From the IMG/VR virus record IMGVR_UViG_3300021478_000018: a stretch of 64,000 bases of DNA, one strand, 5' to 3'. Below, piece after piece: positions 56,015 to 64,000 of the stretch. The notes under the pieces are model-generated. The model saw only the letters and a program-made list of their open reading frames with translations. It did not search any database and was not told the DNA's origin. This stretch comes from an uncultured virus (IMG/VR IMGVR_UViG_3300021478_000018) (lineage: Duplodnaviria > Heunggongvirae > Uroviricota > Caudoviricetes). Made by a program: the position numbers and the translations under genes. Each line of letters starts with the position of its first letter. Positions within the stretch are counted from its first letter, which is position 1.

Positions 56015-57274
56015 ATGCAATACCAAGAAAAACCCTCCTCCTCCCCCGAACCTTCCCCCGTCTTAAAAGGGAAAAAAGCGGCGATCGTCGTTTTCTCCTT
56101 TTTCCCGAGCGATCCCCGGCCCGCCCGGGCGGCCTTCGCGCTCGCGGAAGCCGGAATGAAAGTGGATTACTTTTGTCTCGCCCGTCCGGGCCAGGCTTTA
56201 TCGGAAACCGTCTCCGGGGTTAACGTAACCCGGTTTAAGCTCGATAAGAAACGCGGGAATAAACTCTACTACATCTTCCAGTATCTCGTCTTCCTAATCG
56301 CGAGTTTTTTCTTCGTAAGTAAGCGGTCGGGGTACGACTTAGTCCACGTTCATAATATGCCCGATTTCCTCGTCTTTTCGGCGTTCCTCGCGAAGCTCCG
56401 GGGAGCGCGGGTCGTCCTCGACCTCCACGACCCGAGCCCGGAAGTCTTTATTACGAAGTTCGGCCCGAAAAGCCCGCTCGTCCGGCTCCTTTACTTCTTC
56501 GAGAAACTCTCGATCGGGTTTAGCGATCTCGTCCTTACCCCGAATAAGGCCTTCGAACGGCTTTTCCTCGCCCGGAATAAGAACCGGCGGGTCGCGGTAA
56601 TAATGAACGCTCCGAGCGAGAAGATCTTTCCGCTCCGGTCGCCGATCGTACGGAAAGAGAGCGCGGAACGGCCCTTCGTCCTCATGTATCACGGGACCCT
56701 CGTCGAGCGGCACGGTTTACATCTCGCCCTCGAAGCGTTCGACTCGCTCGAAGCGTCGATCCCGAACCTCCGCTTCCATCTTTACGGCGCGGAGACCGAA
56801 TACCTAACGGAAGAGATCCTTCCCTTAATTAAGCGTCTCGGGCTAGAGAAACGAGTTCTTTACTTCGGGGAGAAGTCGCTTGACGAGATCGCCCTCGCGA
56901 TCGCCGGAAGCGATCTCGGGATTATCCCGAATTTAAAGACCGTCTTTACCGAGATAAATTTCCCGACCCGGATTTTCGAATATCTCGCGCTCGGGAAACC
57001 GGTCGTCGTCCCTTCGACCGAAGGGATCCGGGATTATTTCGACGAAGGGAATATGTTCTTTTTCGAGGCCGGTTACTCCGAGAGTTTAGCGGACCGGATT
57101 AAAGAGATCTATCGTTCTCCCGAGGAGACTTACTACCAGGTCGTCCGGGGCCAGGAGGTCTACGCCCGGTCGGTCTGGACGGGAGAGAAAGCCCGGTTTA
57201 TCCGGGAGATCTCGGCGCTTTTAACGCCGCCGCCTTACGATATTAAAGAATTCGTCCCCTCGACCCCGAAATAA
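56015..57274 (+). CDS. GT4 glycosyltransferase
   Basis: DPRPAR, YDLVHVHNMPDFL, LMYHGTLVERHGL, PTRIFEYLALGKPVV. Confidence 0.95.
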   Translation: MQYQEKPSSSPEPSPVLKGKKAAIVVFSFFPSDPRPARAAFALAEAGMKVDYFCLARPGQALSETVSGVNVTRFKLDKKRGNKLYYIFQYLVFLIASFFFVSKRSGYDLVHVHNMPDFLVFSAFLAKLRGARVVLDLHDPSPEVFITKFGPKSPLVRLLYFFEKLSIGFSDLVLTPNKAFERLFLARNKNRRVAVIMNAPSEKIFPLRSPIVRKESAERPFVLMYHGTLVERHGLHLALEAFDSLEASIPNLRFHLYGAETEYLTEEILPLIKRLGLEKRVLYFGEKSLDEIALAIAGSDLGIIPNLKTVFTEINFPTRIFEYLALGKPVVVPSTEGIRDYFDEGNMFFFEAGYSESLADRIKEIYRSPEETYYQVVRGQEVYARSVWTGEKARFIREISALLTPPPYDIKEFVPSTPK

Positions 57275-57449
57275 AGCTCGAAGTTTTTCGAAAAGGTCGA
57301 TAAAAATTCGATTTAAGCGGGTTCTCGGATCCTAAAAAAGTCTCGCCCCCGCCTTCCTATCCATCCTTCTTAGTTAGTTAGCATCCGTGCAAGCCCGAGG
57401 TTTAACCGCCTCGGGCTTGTTCCGTCTTTCCCGGGCCTTTTAAGGCCCA

Positions 57450-57458
57450 AGGTATTTA
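57450..57458 (+). promoter_or_regulatory. candidate late promoter ARRTADTTA (representative copy)
   Basis: AGGTATTTA here; minus-strand AAGTAATTA (15035-15043), AAGTAGTTA (16898-16906) and AGATATTTA (33023-33031), each 6-11 nt before a structural gene. Confidence 0.5.
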
Positions 57459-57466
57459 GGGGACGT

Positions 57467-57850
57467 ATGCCGTCGCCCGTCTCCCAAGTCATGTACGTTA
57501 TCGGCCAAGGCGCTACGCTCGAAGCCCCCTTTACCGTCGCGGTTAACGGCGAGGCCGTCGACATAACCAACTCCTCTTTCCGCTCGACCTTAAAGATCGA
57601 TTACGCCCTTCCGGATAGCGATCCGACCGTGGTAATGATCGACTGGACGGGAGGAAGTAATCCGAGTCGTAATTTTGCGCCGTCCGGCCCGGGGCAGACG
57701 GTTTTAGTTATCCCCGACGGGACGACCCGGGATATGGCGGTTGGGAAATGGTACGGGCAGGTCCGGGGCGAGGATATCCCGAATCTTCCGGCGGTTTCCG
57801 ACCTCTACTTTTATACCTTAGACGTTTTTCAGGTCGTCTCTAGCCGGTAG
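57467..57850 (+). CDS. virion accessory protein (BppU-N-like beta-sandwich)
   Basis: IGQGATL...VNGEAVDITN...T..M..GKWY pattern, upstream of the fibre gene. Confidence 0.55.
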   Translation: MPSPVSQVMYVIGQGATLEAPFTVAVNGEAVDITNSSFRSTLKIDYALPDSDPTVVMIDWTGGSNPSRNFAPSGPGQTVLVIPDGTTRDMAVGKWYGQVRGEDIPNLPAVSDLYFYTLDVFQVVSSR

Positions 57851-57856
57851 CTACCT

Positions 57857-60148
57857 ATGCCTCCCCCTTCGGACGTAAACCTCGATATTACCTTCGGCTC
57901 GGTTCCGCGAGTAACGGTCGACCCGAAACTTCCGGCGGCGGCGAATATAACGATCTCGACCGCTCCTAACGTTTACGTTTCCGCGCCGAACGCGGGCTTT
58001 TACGGTTTTAACTGGAAGGGGGAATGGACGGAGGAGGTCTCTTACTTCCCTTACGACGTCGTCTCTTACGGGACGGCCTCCTATATCTCGGTTACGGCGA
58101 ATAGTAATAAGCCGCCGGAGACGAACGGCGACTGGGAGCTATTTGTACTGGGGCAAACCGGCCCGCCCGGCCCGCCCGGCCCGCCCGGGACGGGGGTTTC
58201 GATTAAGGGAACCGTTTCTTCCTCCGCGAGTTTACCCCAGGAGGGTAATTCGGTCGGGGATCTTTGGATTACGGCGGATACCGGCCATGGGTGGACTTGG
58301 CAGAATAACGAGGTTTGGTTGGACGTCGGCCCGATCCAGGGGCCTCCCGGGCTAACCGGTCCCCAAGGTCCCCCGGGCGCTCGCGGGATGCAGGGGATGC
58401 AAGGTAACCCCGGCCCGACCGGTCCAGCGGGAGCGAAGGGCGATCCGGGCGCGGCGAGTACCGTCCCCGGCCCCATCGGCCCGGCGGGAGTTAAAGGGGA
58501 TACCGGGGCGACCGGCGCGACCGGGAATCCGGGTCCGCAGGGCGTTCAAGGCGTCGCCGGTAATCCGGGTCCGACCGGGAATACCGGCCCGGTAGGCCCG
58601 GCGGGTATGCAGGGGCCGGTCGGTTCGATCGGCCCGAAAGGGAACGACGGTACCTCCGTCGTTTTAAAGGGTTCCGTTCCTAATTCGGCGGCTTTACCGG
58701 CGACCGGAAATACGTACGGGGATCTCTGGGTGACGACGGATACGGGGGACGGTTGGGTTTGGAGCGCTCCCGGATTATGGGCGAACGTCGGTCCGATTCA
58801 GGGGCCCGCTGGCCCGCAAGGCGTACCGGGTACTCCCGGCGCGCAGGGGCCCGCCGGAGCGACCGGAGCGACCGGTCCGACGGGGAATACTGGATCCCAA
58901 GGTCCTCAAGGCGTACAGGGCAATCCAGGCGCTCCGGGGGCGAAAGGAGATACCGGGAATCCGGGCCCGACCGGGCCGACTGGGCTTACTGGTCCGCAAG
59001 GTAATCCGGGAGCCGATTCGACGGTCCCCGGGCCGACCGGTCCGCAAGGGATTCAGGGCATTCCCGGTCCGCAAGGCATACAGGGTAACCCCGGCCCGCA
59101 AGGCATCGCCGGGAGTACCGGCCCCGCCGGTCCGACCGGCCCGCAAGGGGATATCGGATTAACCGGCCCGGCGGGCCCGACCGGTAATACTGGCTCTCAA
59201 GGTCCGGCGGGAGCGACCGGGCCGACCGGGAATACCGGCCCAGCGGGGCCGGGAGTACCCGCCGGAGGAACGGCGGGGCAGGTTTTAAGTAAGGTAGACG
59301 CGACCGATTATAATACGAGTTGGAGCGCGGTCGCTTATTCTTCTCTAACCGGAGTTCCGGCGACTTTTCCGCCGGATTCGACGGCGATGCTTAAAAGCAT
59401 CTATGACGTAACCGGGGACGGGATCGTCGATAAGGCCGCCGCGTTAAGCACCGCCGGGGCCGTTCATCAGTTCTGGAAGAACGGGAATACTTGGGCTACG
59501 GTCGATTATACGGATCTAACCGGTACTCCGGCGATTCCGGTCGCTAGCTCGACGAATCCGGCGATGGACGGGACGGTCGCGATCGGCGTCTCGGCGACTT
59601 ACGCTCGCTCGGACCATGTCCACGCTTCCGATACTTCCCGGATGGCGGTAGGAGCGGCCCCGACGGCGCACGCCGCCTCGCATAAGAGCGGCGGTTCGGA
59701 TCTTCTCGCTCTCGATACTCTCGGGGCGACGACCGATATTACGACTCTTAACGCTTCGACGACCGCCCACGGGCTCTTACCGAAGCTCTCGGGCGTCGCC
59801 GGGCAATTCTTTAACGGGACCGGGGCTTTTACGGTTCCGGTTCCTCCGGCGACCTCGATGGGGGTCTTTATCGAGAGCCCGAGCAATAAGACCTATACCC
59901 TCGACCTCGACGCCCCCTCTCCTTATACGGTTATTAAGCTTTCGATAAAGACGGTTAGCGGGACCTGTACGGTAGCTTTGCAACGCAACGGAGCTTCTAT
60001 TACCGGGGCGACGGCGGTCTCCGTTACCTCGACCTTAGCGACGGTCGTCCTTAGTCAGGCGTGCGTCGCCGGGGATACCCTTACCCTCGTCGTAAGCGCG
60101 ACCGCGAGCGCCGTCGACCTTAGCGCCTCCGTGCGAGTGCAACCTTAA
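57857..60148 (+). CDS. collagen-like tail fibre
   Basis: Long G-X-Y tracts; NWKGEW...Y.PYDVVSY module; two KG.V....LP..GN..GDLW modules; YARSDHVH. Confidence 0.9.
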   Translation: MPPPSDVNLDITFGSVPRVTVDPKLPAAANITISTAPNVYVSAPNAGFYGFNWKGEWTEEVSYFPYDVVSYGTASYISVTANSNKPPETNGDWELFVLGQTGPPGPPGPPGTGVSIKGTVSSSASLPQEGNSVGDLWITADTGHGWTWQNNEVWLDVGPIQGPPGLTGPQGPPGARGMQGMQGNPGPTGPAGAKGDPGAASTVPGPIGPAGVKGDTGATGATGNPGPQGVQGVAGNPGPTGNTGPVGPAGMQGPVGSIGPKGNDGTSVVLKGSVPNSAALPATGNTYGDLWVTTDTGDGWVWSAPGLWANVGPIQGPAGPQGVPGTPGAQGPAGATGATGPTGNTGSQGPQGVQGNPGAPGAKGDTGNPGPTGPTGLTGPQGNPGADSTVPGPTGPQGIQGIPGPQGIQGNPGPQGIAGSTGPAGPTGPQGDIGLTGPAGPTGNTGSQGPAGATGPTGNTGPAGPGVPAGGTAGQVLSKVDATDYNTSWSAVAYSSLTGVPATFPPDSTAMLKSIYDVTGDGIVDKAAALSTAGAVHQFWKNGNTWATVDYTDLTGTPAIPVASSTNPAMDGTVAIGVSATYARSDHVHASDTSRMAVGAAPTAHAASHKSGGSDLLALDTLGATTDITTLNASTTAHGLLPKLSGVAGQFFNGTGAFTVPVPPATSMGVFIESPSNKTYTLDLDAPSPYTVIKLSIKTVSGTCTVALQRNGASITGATAVSVTSTLATVVLSQACVAGDTLTLVVSATASAVDLSASVRVQP

Positions 60149-60154
60149 CCTCCT

Positions 60155-60634
60155 ATGCGTAGCGTCTTAATGGTCGGGCCCTCCGCCGCTCCCGCTATCT
60201 TTAACGCGGGATCGACCTCTCCCGGGGGGAGTAGCGGAACCTATACCGGGATTACCGCCGTCCAGGTCGCCGTCCCGCAAAGCGGAAGACTAAGCTCGTT
60301 AAGCGTCTATTGGAATACCGCAACCGGGATCAATTTCCTTCTCGGCCTTTATAACGATTCGAGCGGGAAACCGAACGCCCTCCTCGCTTCGAGCGCCGTC
60401 TCTACTTCGAAGCTCGATTGGAATAAGCTCCCGATTACCAGCGGCCCGACGGTCGGGGCCGGGAATTATTGGGTAGCCGTCCAGAATCAAAGCGGGATTT
60501 CGGGGAATTACGTCGCCGCCGGAGCCGGGGCCTGGAATAATGGGGTAACCTGGACGGGAGCTTTACCGGCTACCTGGCCCTTCGTTAGCTCCGGCGCGTT
60601 CCAGTACAGTATGTACGCTACCTTTAACGAGTAG
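60155..60634 (+). CDS. fibre-associated beta-sandwich protein
   Basis: Paralogous to the domain near the C-terminus of 24965-29665 (G.L.S.S.Y...GLY....G.P..LL...W......AGNY..A). Confidence 0.7.
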   Translation: MRSVLMVGPSAAPAIFNAGSTSPGGSSGTYTGITAVQVAVPQSGRLSSLSVYWNTATGINFLLGLYNDSSGKPNALLASSAVSTSKLDWNKLPITSGPTVGAGNYWVAVQNQSGISGNYVAAGAGAWNNGVTWTGALPATWPFVSSGAFQYSMYATFNE

Positions 60635-60673
60635 GATTAGCGATATCGCTAATCCGATTAGCGGATCCGCTAA
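60634..60673. repeat. two adjacent perfect palindromes
   Basis: GGATTAGCGATATCGCTAATCC (60634-60655) and TTAGCGGATCCGCTAA (60658-60673). Confidence 0.9.
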
Positions 60674-61356
60674 CTTCCCAGTTTACTTCTTAAATAAGCC
60701 ATGACGCCGAGGACGATAATGAGGAGAATAAGGAGGCTCGGGATCGGGTAGGTGCAGACGAAGGCGATCGGAATTAGGGCTAAACCGATCCCGACGAGGC
60801 CGAGGAGAATGAGACCGAAGATCTCGTTAACTTTATTGCGGAATTTCTCTTCCTCGACCGTAAGATTTACCGGGCCTTCGGCGATAGCGTAAAAGGAGCC
60901 TCGGGAGTAAGGCCCGAGGAGAGCGCCGAGCCGCCGGGCGAGCTTCCGGTATCCCGGGAGAGCGTCGAATTCCGCTTTCTTAGCCCGGTCCCGTTCTCCT
61001 TCCGCCCGCGCTCGTTCTCGCTCCTCCCGTTGTTCCCGTTCCCATTCTTTTCGTAGTTTTTCGTCCCATTCGGCTTGGGCTTTCGCCCGGGCGGCGGCTT
61101 CCTCCGAAGTTTCGTAGTAGTCGTTACTCTGGTAGCCGGTATTCCCGTAATGGGGTTCGGGCTCCGGTTCGGGCTCGGGATCCGGGTAAACGTACTCGGT
61201 CCGGATCTCCGCTTCTTTCATTAGATCCTCGACGGTAACGCCCCGGGCTTTTAAGCTTTCGATTAGTTTATTCGCCGCGCTGGCCTGTTCGCCTTCCTTA
61301 GCCGCTTTATCGAGAGCGAGCCGGGCGATCTTCTCCTCCTTCTCGGTAAGCTTCAT
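60670..61356 (-). CDS. membrane protein with DUF2786-like N-terminus
   Basis: KIARLALDKAAKEGEQASAANKL, coiled coil, two C-terminal TM helices. Confidence 0.7.
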   Translation of the reverse strand: MKLTEKEEKIARLALDKAAKEGEQASAANKLIESLKARGVTVEDLMKEAEIRTEYVYPDPEPEPEPEPHYGNTGYQSNDYYETSEEAAARAKAQAEWDEKLRKEWEREQREERERARAEGERDRAKKAEFDALPGYRKLARRLGALLGPYSRGSFYAIAEGPVNLTVEEEKFRNKVNEIFGLILLGLVGIGLALIPIAFVCTYPIPSLLILLIIVLGVMAYLRSKLGS

Positions 61357-61601
61357 CGGTAAATCCGATTCGTTAGGTCGTCGTTTTCCGGTAAATTGAG
61401 GATGAAGTTTCCGAGCGCCGCGCCGGGCGTATCGCCCCGGCTATCGCGGAAGGCGTTCTCGTCCTCGGTCGAGCCGGGATACTTCGCGAACCAGCGGGTA
61501 AACTCGGTTCGTTTGCTCTTCCATCGCGCTCTCCAGAGTTCGACCGCTTTCCCGGCGAAAGTAACGGTTCCGTAGTAAGAAGGATCGGGTTCCATAGTCA
61601 T
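61353..61601 (-). CDS. hypothetical protein
   Basis: Follows a GAAATGTA element at 61608-61615. Confidence 0.65.
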   Translation of the reverse strand: MTMEPDPSYYGTVTFAGKAVELWRARWKSKRTEFTRWFAKYPGSTEDENAFRDSRGDTPGAALGNFILNLPENDDLTNRIYR

Positions 61602-61701
61602 ACCCCGTACATTTCGTGAGCTACGAGTCGAAATTCCGCATTACCAGAAAGAGCCCGAGGAGCGGACCGATTAGGAAAAGAAAGAGGAACAGGAACATTT
61701 T

Positions 61702-61905
61702 TTATAGCTCCGGTAGCTCGATCTTTACGAGGTAGGAGAAGTGGGCGGAGTGGAAGAGGGGACGACCGTCCTTCTTAAAGACGACGTCGGCGACGCTTTG
61801 ATCTCCCCAGATCGCGACGACCCGGCCTAGGCCGTGACGGCGATGGGTAACGTAGTCGTTTATGTTAATCCGCTTTAGAACGGGTCTCTTAAATTGAGTT
61901 CTCAT
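61702..61905 (-). CDS. small SH3/Tudor-like hypothetical protein
   Basis: DYVTHRRHGLGRVV...DVVF; GAAATGAT variant upstream. Confidence 0.55.
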   Translation of the reverse strand: MRTQFKRPVLKRININDYVTHRRHGLGRVVAIWGDQSVADVVFKKDGRPLFHSAHFSYLVKIELPEL

Positions 61906-61964
61906 ATTCCCTTCCTATCATTTCGTCCAGGTTCCGGCGCTTTCCGTACTTTCCCGGACGAAAA

Positions 61965-63284
61965 ATGGCCGCGAGCGTTACTTCTAATTCCGCGATTCCG
62001 GGAACCGTCGTTCCGGCGGGTAAAATGGTTAGCCCGGGCGGCGGTCAGGGACCGACCGGCGGGACCGGCGCGCAAGGGGCAACCGGTAGTACCGGAGCGA
62101 CCGGGAATACCGGAGCGACCGGGACTCCGGCCTGGACGACGGTTTCCGGCTCGTCTTTTATCGTTCCGCCCTACGGGGCGACGGTAACGGTAAACCTCCT
62201 CGATACGAGCTGGATCGCGCTAAACGAGTGGGTTTACGTCGACGACGCGAACGGCGTCGGGACCGCCGGGCAGCTCGTCGTACAGAGTAAAACGCCGACT
62301 TCGGTAACTTTCCTTAACCCGAGTCCGACCGCCGCCTCCGGCCCCGCTAATACCGCCCAGGACGGCCTCCTCCGGAAGGTTAGCGGTTTAACGAGCGACT
62401 TCGTCGACGGGACGAATAATTGCCGGGATTTACAATCGAGCGTCGCCGGGGTTACCGCCCAGGTTCCGACCGGGGCGGTAATCGATTTCGCCGGAAGTAT
62501 TTCGCCGTCGGGCTGGTTACTATGCGACGGGACCTCTTACGCAACCGCGACTTACCCGGCCCTCTTTACGGCGCTCGGTTATACCTGGGGCGGGTCGGGG
62601 TCGAACTTTAACGTTCCCGATCTCCGGAGCCGGGTAAGCGTCGGAGCCGGGGCCGGTCCCGGTTTAACGAACCGGGTCCTCGCGGCGAAGGGAGGGGAAG
62701 AGAACCACGTCCTTTTAATCGCCGAATTGGCTTCGCATACGCATACCCTGGGTAATCATACCCACTTAGGGGTCGATCATCTCCACTCGATGCAGGGCCA
62801 TACCCACTACTACGACCATTACCACTCTTTAAGCGGTCATACTCATCTCGGGGTCGATCATACTCACGCGGTTACCGGGGTAAACCATCTCCACGATTTA
62901 AACGGCCACGTCCACTCCTATGTTTGGCCGGTCGCTTCGGGTAGTCAGTGGGCGGCGGGCGGCGGCTGGGGGCAGGGCTCCAGTAATACCGGCGGTCCGA
63001 ATACGACCTCGGGCGCGGCGGATCGAAGTTTAGCGACCGGTACCGGCGCTATGGATCGAGGGGCGACGACCAGCGGTCCGAGCGCGGATAATACGAATTG
63101 GGCCTCTCAGGAAGGTGGCGGTTGGGGGACTTCCGGGGGTCCGAGCGTCGGGACGACGGGGGCCGCCGACCGAGGCTTAACTACCGGGGGGCCGAGTACG
63201 AATACGAGCGACGCTAACGGGAGCGGTACCGGCCATAATACGATGTCTCCGTTTGCCGTCTTAAACAAAATCATTAAGACTTAA
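61965..63284 (+). CDS. tail fibre with phage tail collar domain and HxH repeats
   Basis: VPTGAVIDFAG...GWLLCDG....YPALF..LG..WG.....FNVPDLR; C-terminal HNTMSPFAVLNKIIKT. Confidence 0.9.
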   Translation: MAASVTSNSAIPGTVVPAGKMVSPGGGQGPTGGTGAQGATGSTGATGNTGATGTPAWTTVSGSSFIVPPYGATVTVNLLDTSWIALNEWVYVDDANGVGTAGQLVVQSKTPTSVTFLNPSPTAASGPANTAQDGLLRKVSGLTSDFVDGTNNCRDLQSSVAGVTAQVPTGAVIDFAGSISPSGWLLCDGTSYATATYPALFTALGYTWGGSGSNFNVPDLRSRVSVGAGAGPGLTNRVLAAKGGEENHVLLIAELASHTHTLGNHTHLGVDHLHSMQGHTHYYDHYHSLSGHTHLGVDHTHAVTGVNHLHDLNGHVHSYVWPVASGSQWAAGGGWGQGSSNTGGPNTTSGAADRSLATGTGAMDRGATTSGPSADNTNWASQEGGGWGTSGGPSVGTTGAADRGLTTGGPSTNTSDANGSGTGHNTMSPFAVLNKIIKT

Positions 63285-63297
63285 GGAAAAAACTAAA

Positions 63298-63555
63298 ATG
63301 AACTTTGATACCGTTATTAAGTGTCCGATTTGCTCCGAGGAGGGCGAGAAGAGTCGTTTAACCGCCGTAGGCGGACGATCAACTAATTTGGAATGGGAGA
63401 AGTTTTTCGACGAAGAAGGGAAATACCATCAACACGATCCCAATACGGTAATCCATCTCTTCAAATGCAGTAACGGGCACGAGATCGAGGTACTCAGTAA
63501 AACCGGCTGTGGAGCTTGCGGGAAAGAGGACGAAGTAATAATAAAGGCTTCATAA
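63298..63555 (+). CDS. Cys-rich hypothetical protein
   Basis: CPIC...FDEEGKYHQHDPN...CSNGH...CGAC. Confidence 0.7.
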   Translation: MNFDTVIKCPICSEEGEKSRLTAVGGRSTNLEWEKFFDEEGKYHQHDPNTVIHLFKCSNGHEIEVLSKTGCGACGKEDEVIIKAS

Positions 63556-63580
63556 AGAGCCCGTAGTTACGGGCTCGAAA

Positions 63581-64000
63581 ATGGCGATTCCCGGTTCAAC
63601 GGTCAACGTCGGTAGACTCGTAACCCCGAGCGGAGCCCAGGGTCCCCAAGGGGTCATCGGCTCGACCGGCGGGACCGGCCCGACCGGGCCGACCGGAGCG
63701 ACCGGACCGCCTTCCGTTACGACGACGACGAGCGTCTTTACCGTTCCTCCGATCGGGGCGACGACGACGGTTAACGTCGCGAATCCGAGTTGGATCGTCA
63801 TCGGGGAACTGCTTTACGTATCGACGGCGGGCGGAACGACTTCGGCGGGCGCTTTACAGGTTACGGCGATTAACGGGAATACGATTACCCTCCTTAATCC
63901 GAATCCTCCTTCGGTTATCCCCCCGGCGGATTCTACCCAGGCGGGCCTCCTTAATCAGGTCTCCGGGAATACGACGGACTTCGTCGACGGAACTAACCAT
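63581..64000 (+). CDS. tail fibre paralogue of 61965-63284 (partial, runs off the window)
   Basis: MAIPGSTVNVGRLVTPSGAQGP...QAGLLNQVSGNTTDFVDGTN mirrors SAIPGTVVPAGKMVSPGGGQGP...QDGLLRKVSGLTSDFVDGTN. Confidence 0.85.
   Translation, partial: MAIPGSTVNVGRLVTPSGAQGPQGVIGSTGGTGPTGPTGATGPPSVTTTTSVFTVPPIGATTTVNVANPSWIVIGELLYVSTAGGTTSAGALQVTAINGNTITLLNPNPPSVIPPADSTQAGLLNQVSGNTTDFVDGTNH

Noticed and set aside
47350..57274. Host chromosomal DNA flanking a prophage or a chimeric join
   Set aside because: The cluster has the same CA/TG avoidance and phage GAAATGTA elements as the rest and is flanked by phage genes on both sides; a read-level check is still advisable.
1..64000. Stop-codon reassignment (alternative genetic code)
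   Set aside because: Conserved genes (nrdA, nrdB, GTs, baseplate) are full length in code 11, and TAA, TAG and TGA all terminate genes.

Overview
This window looks like 64 kb of a large, contractile-tailed (myovirus-like) phage genome, not a bacterial chromosome. It has four parts. (i) 1-13.9 kb and 38.3-47.3 kb: dense small hypothetical genes plus Nmad2, PIG-L deacetylase, GT34, vWA, WGR, PAP2, a Wzx flippase, a class I (Id-type) ribonucleotide reductase pair and a 5'-3' exonuclease. (ii) 13.9-38.3 kb, minus strand: a baseplate/tail operon (hub, gp5/gpV spike, gp25, gp6/J wedge, a gpI-like giant protein, five paralogous appendage proteins, a collagen-like protein). (iii) 47.3-57.3 kb: a polysaccharide-synthesis cluster (GT2 x3, GT8, GT4, methyltransferase fusion, Wzy/O-antigen-ligase-like protein, secreted beta-helix). 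(iv) 57.4-64 kb: tail fibre genes. The strongest unexplained signals are these. A peptide tag, P-x-[VIL]-E-T-M-H-[TE]-I-S-G-[WY]-D-[EA], ends three unrelated small proteins and punctuates a 731-aa polyprotein five times, mostly followed by prohead-protease-like [LI]-x-E sites. CA/TG dinucleotides are almost absent except where an amino acid forces them. A GAAATGTA element precedes 15 non-structural genes, 14 of them 6-11 nt from the start codon. All family assignments come from motif recognition by eye, not database searches.
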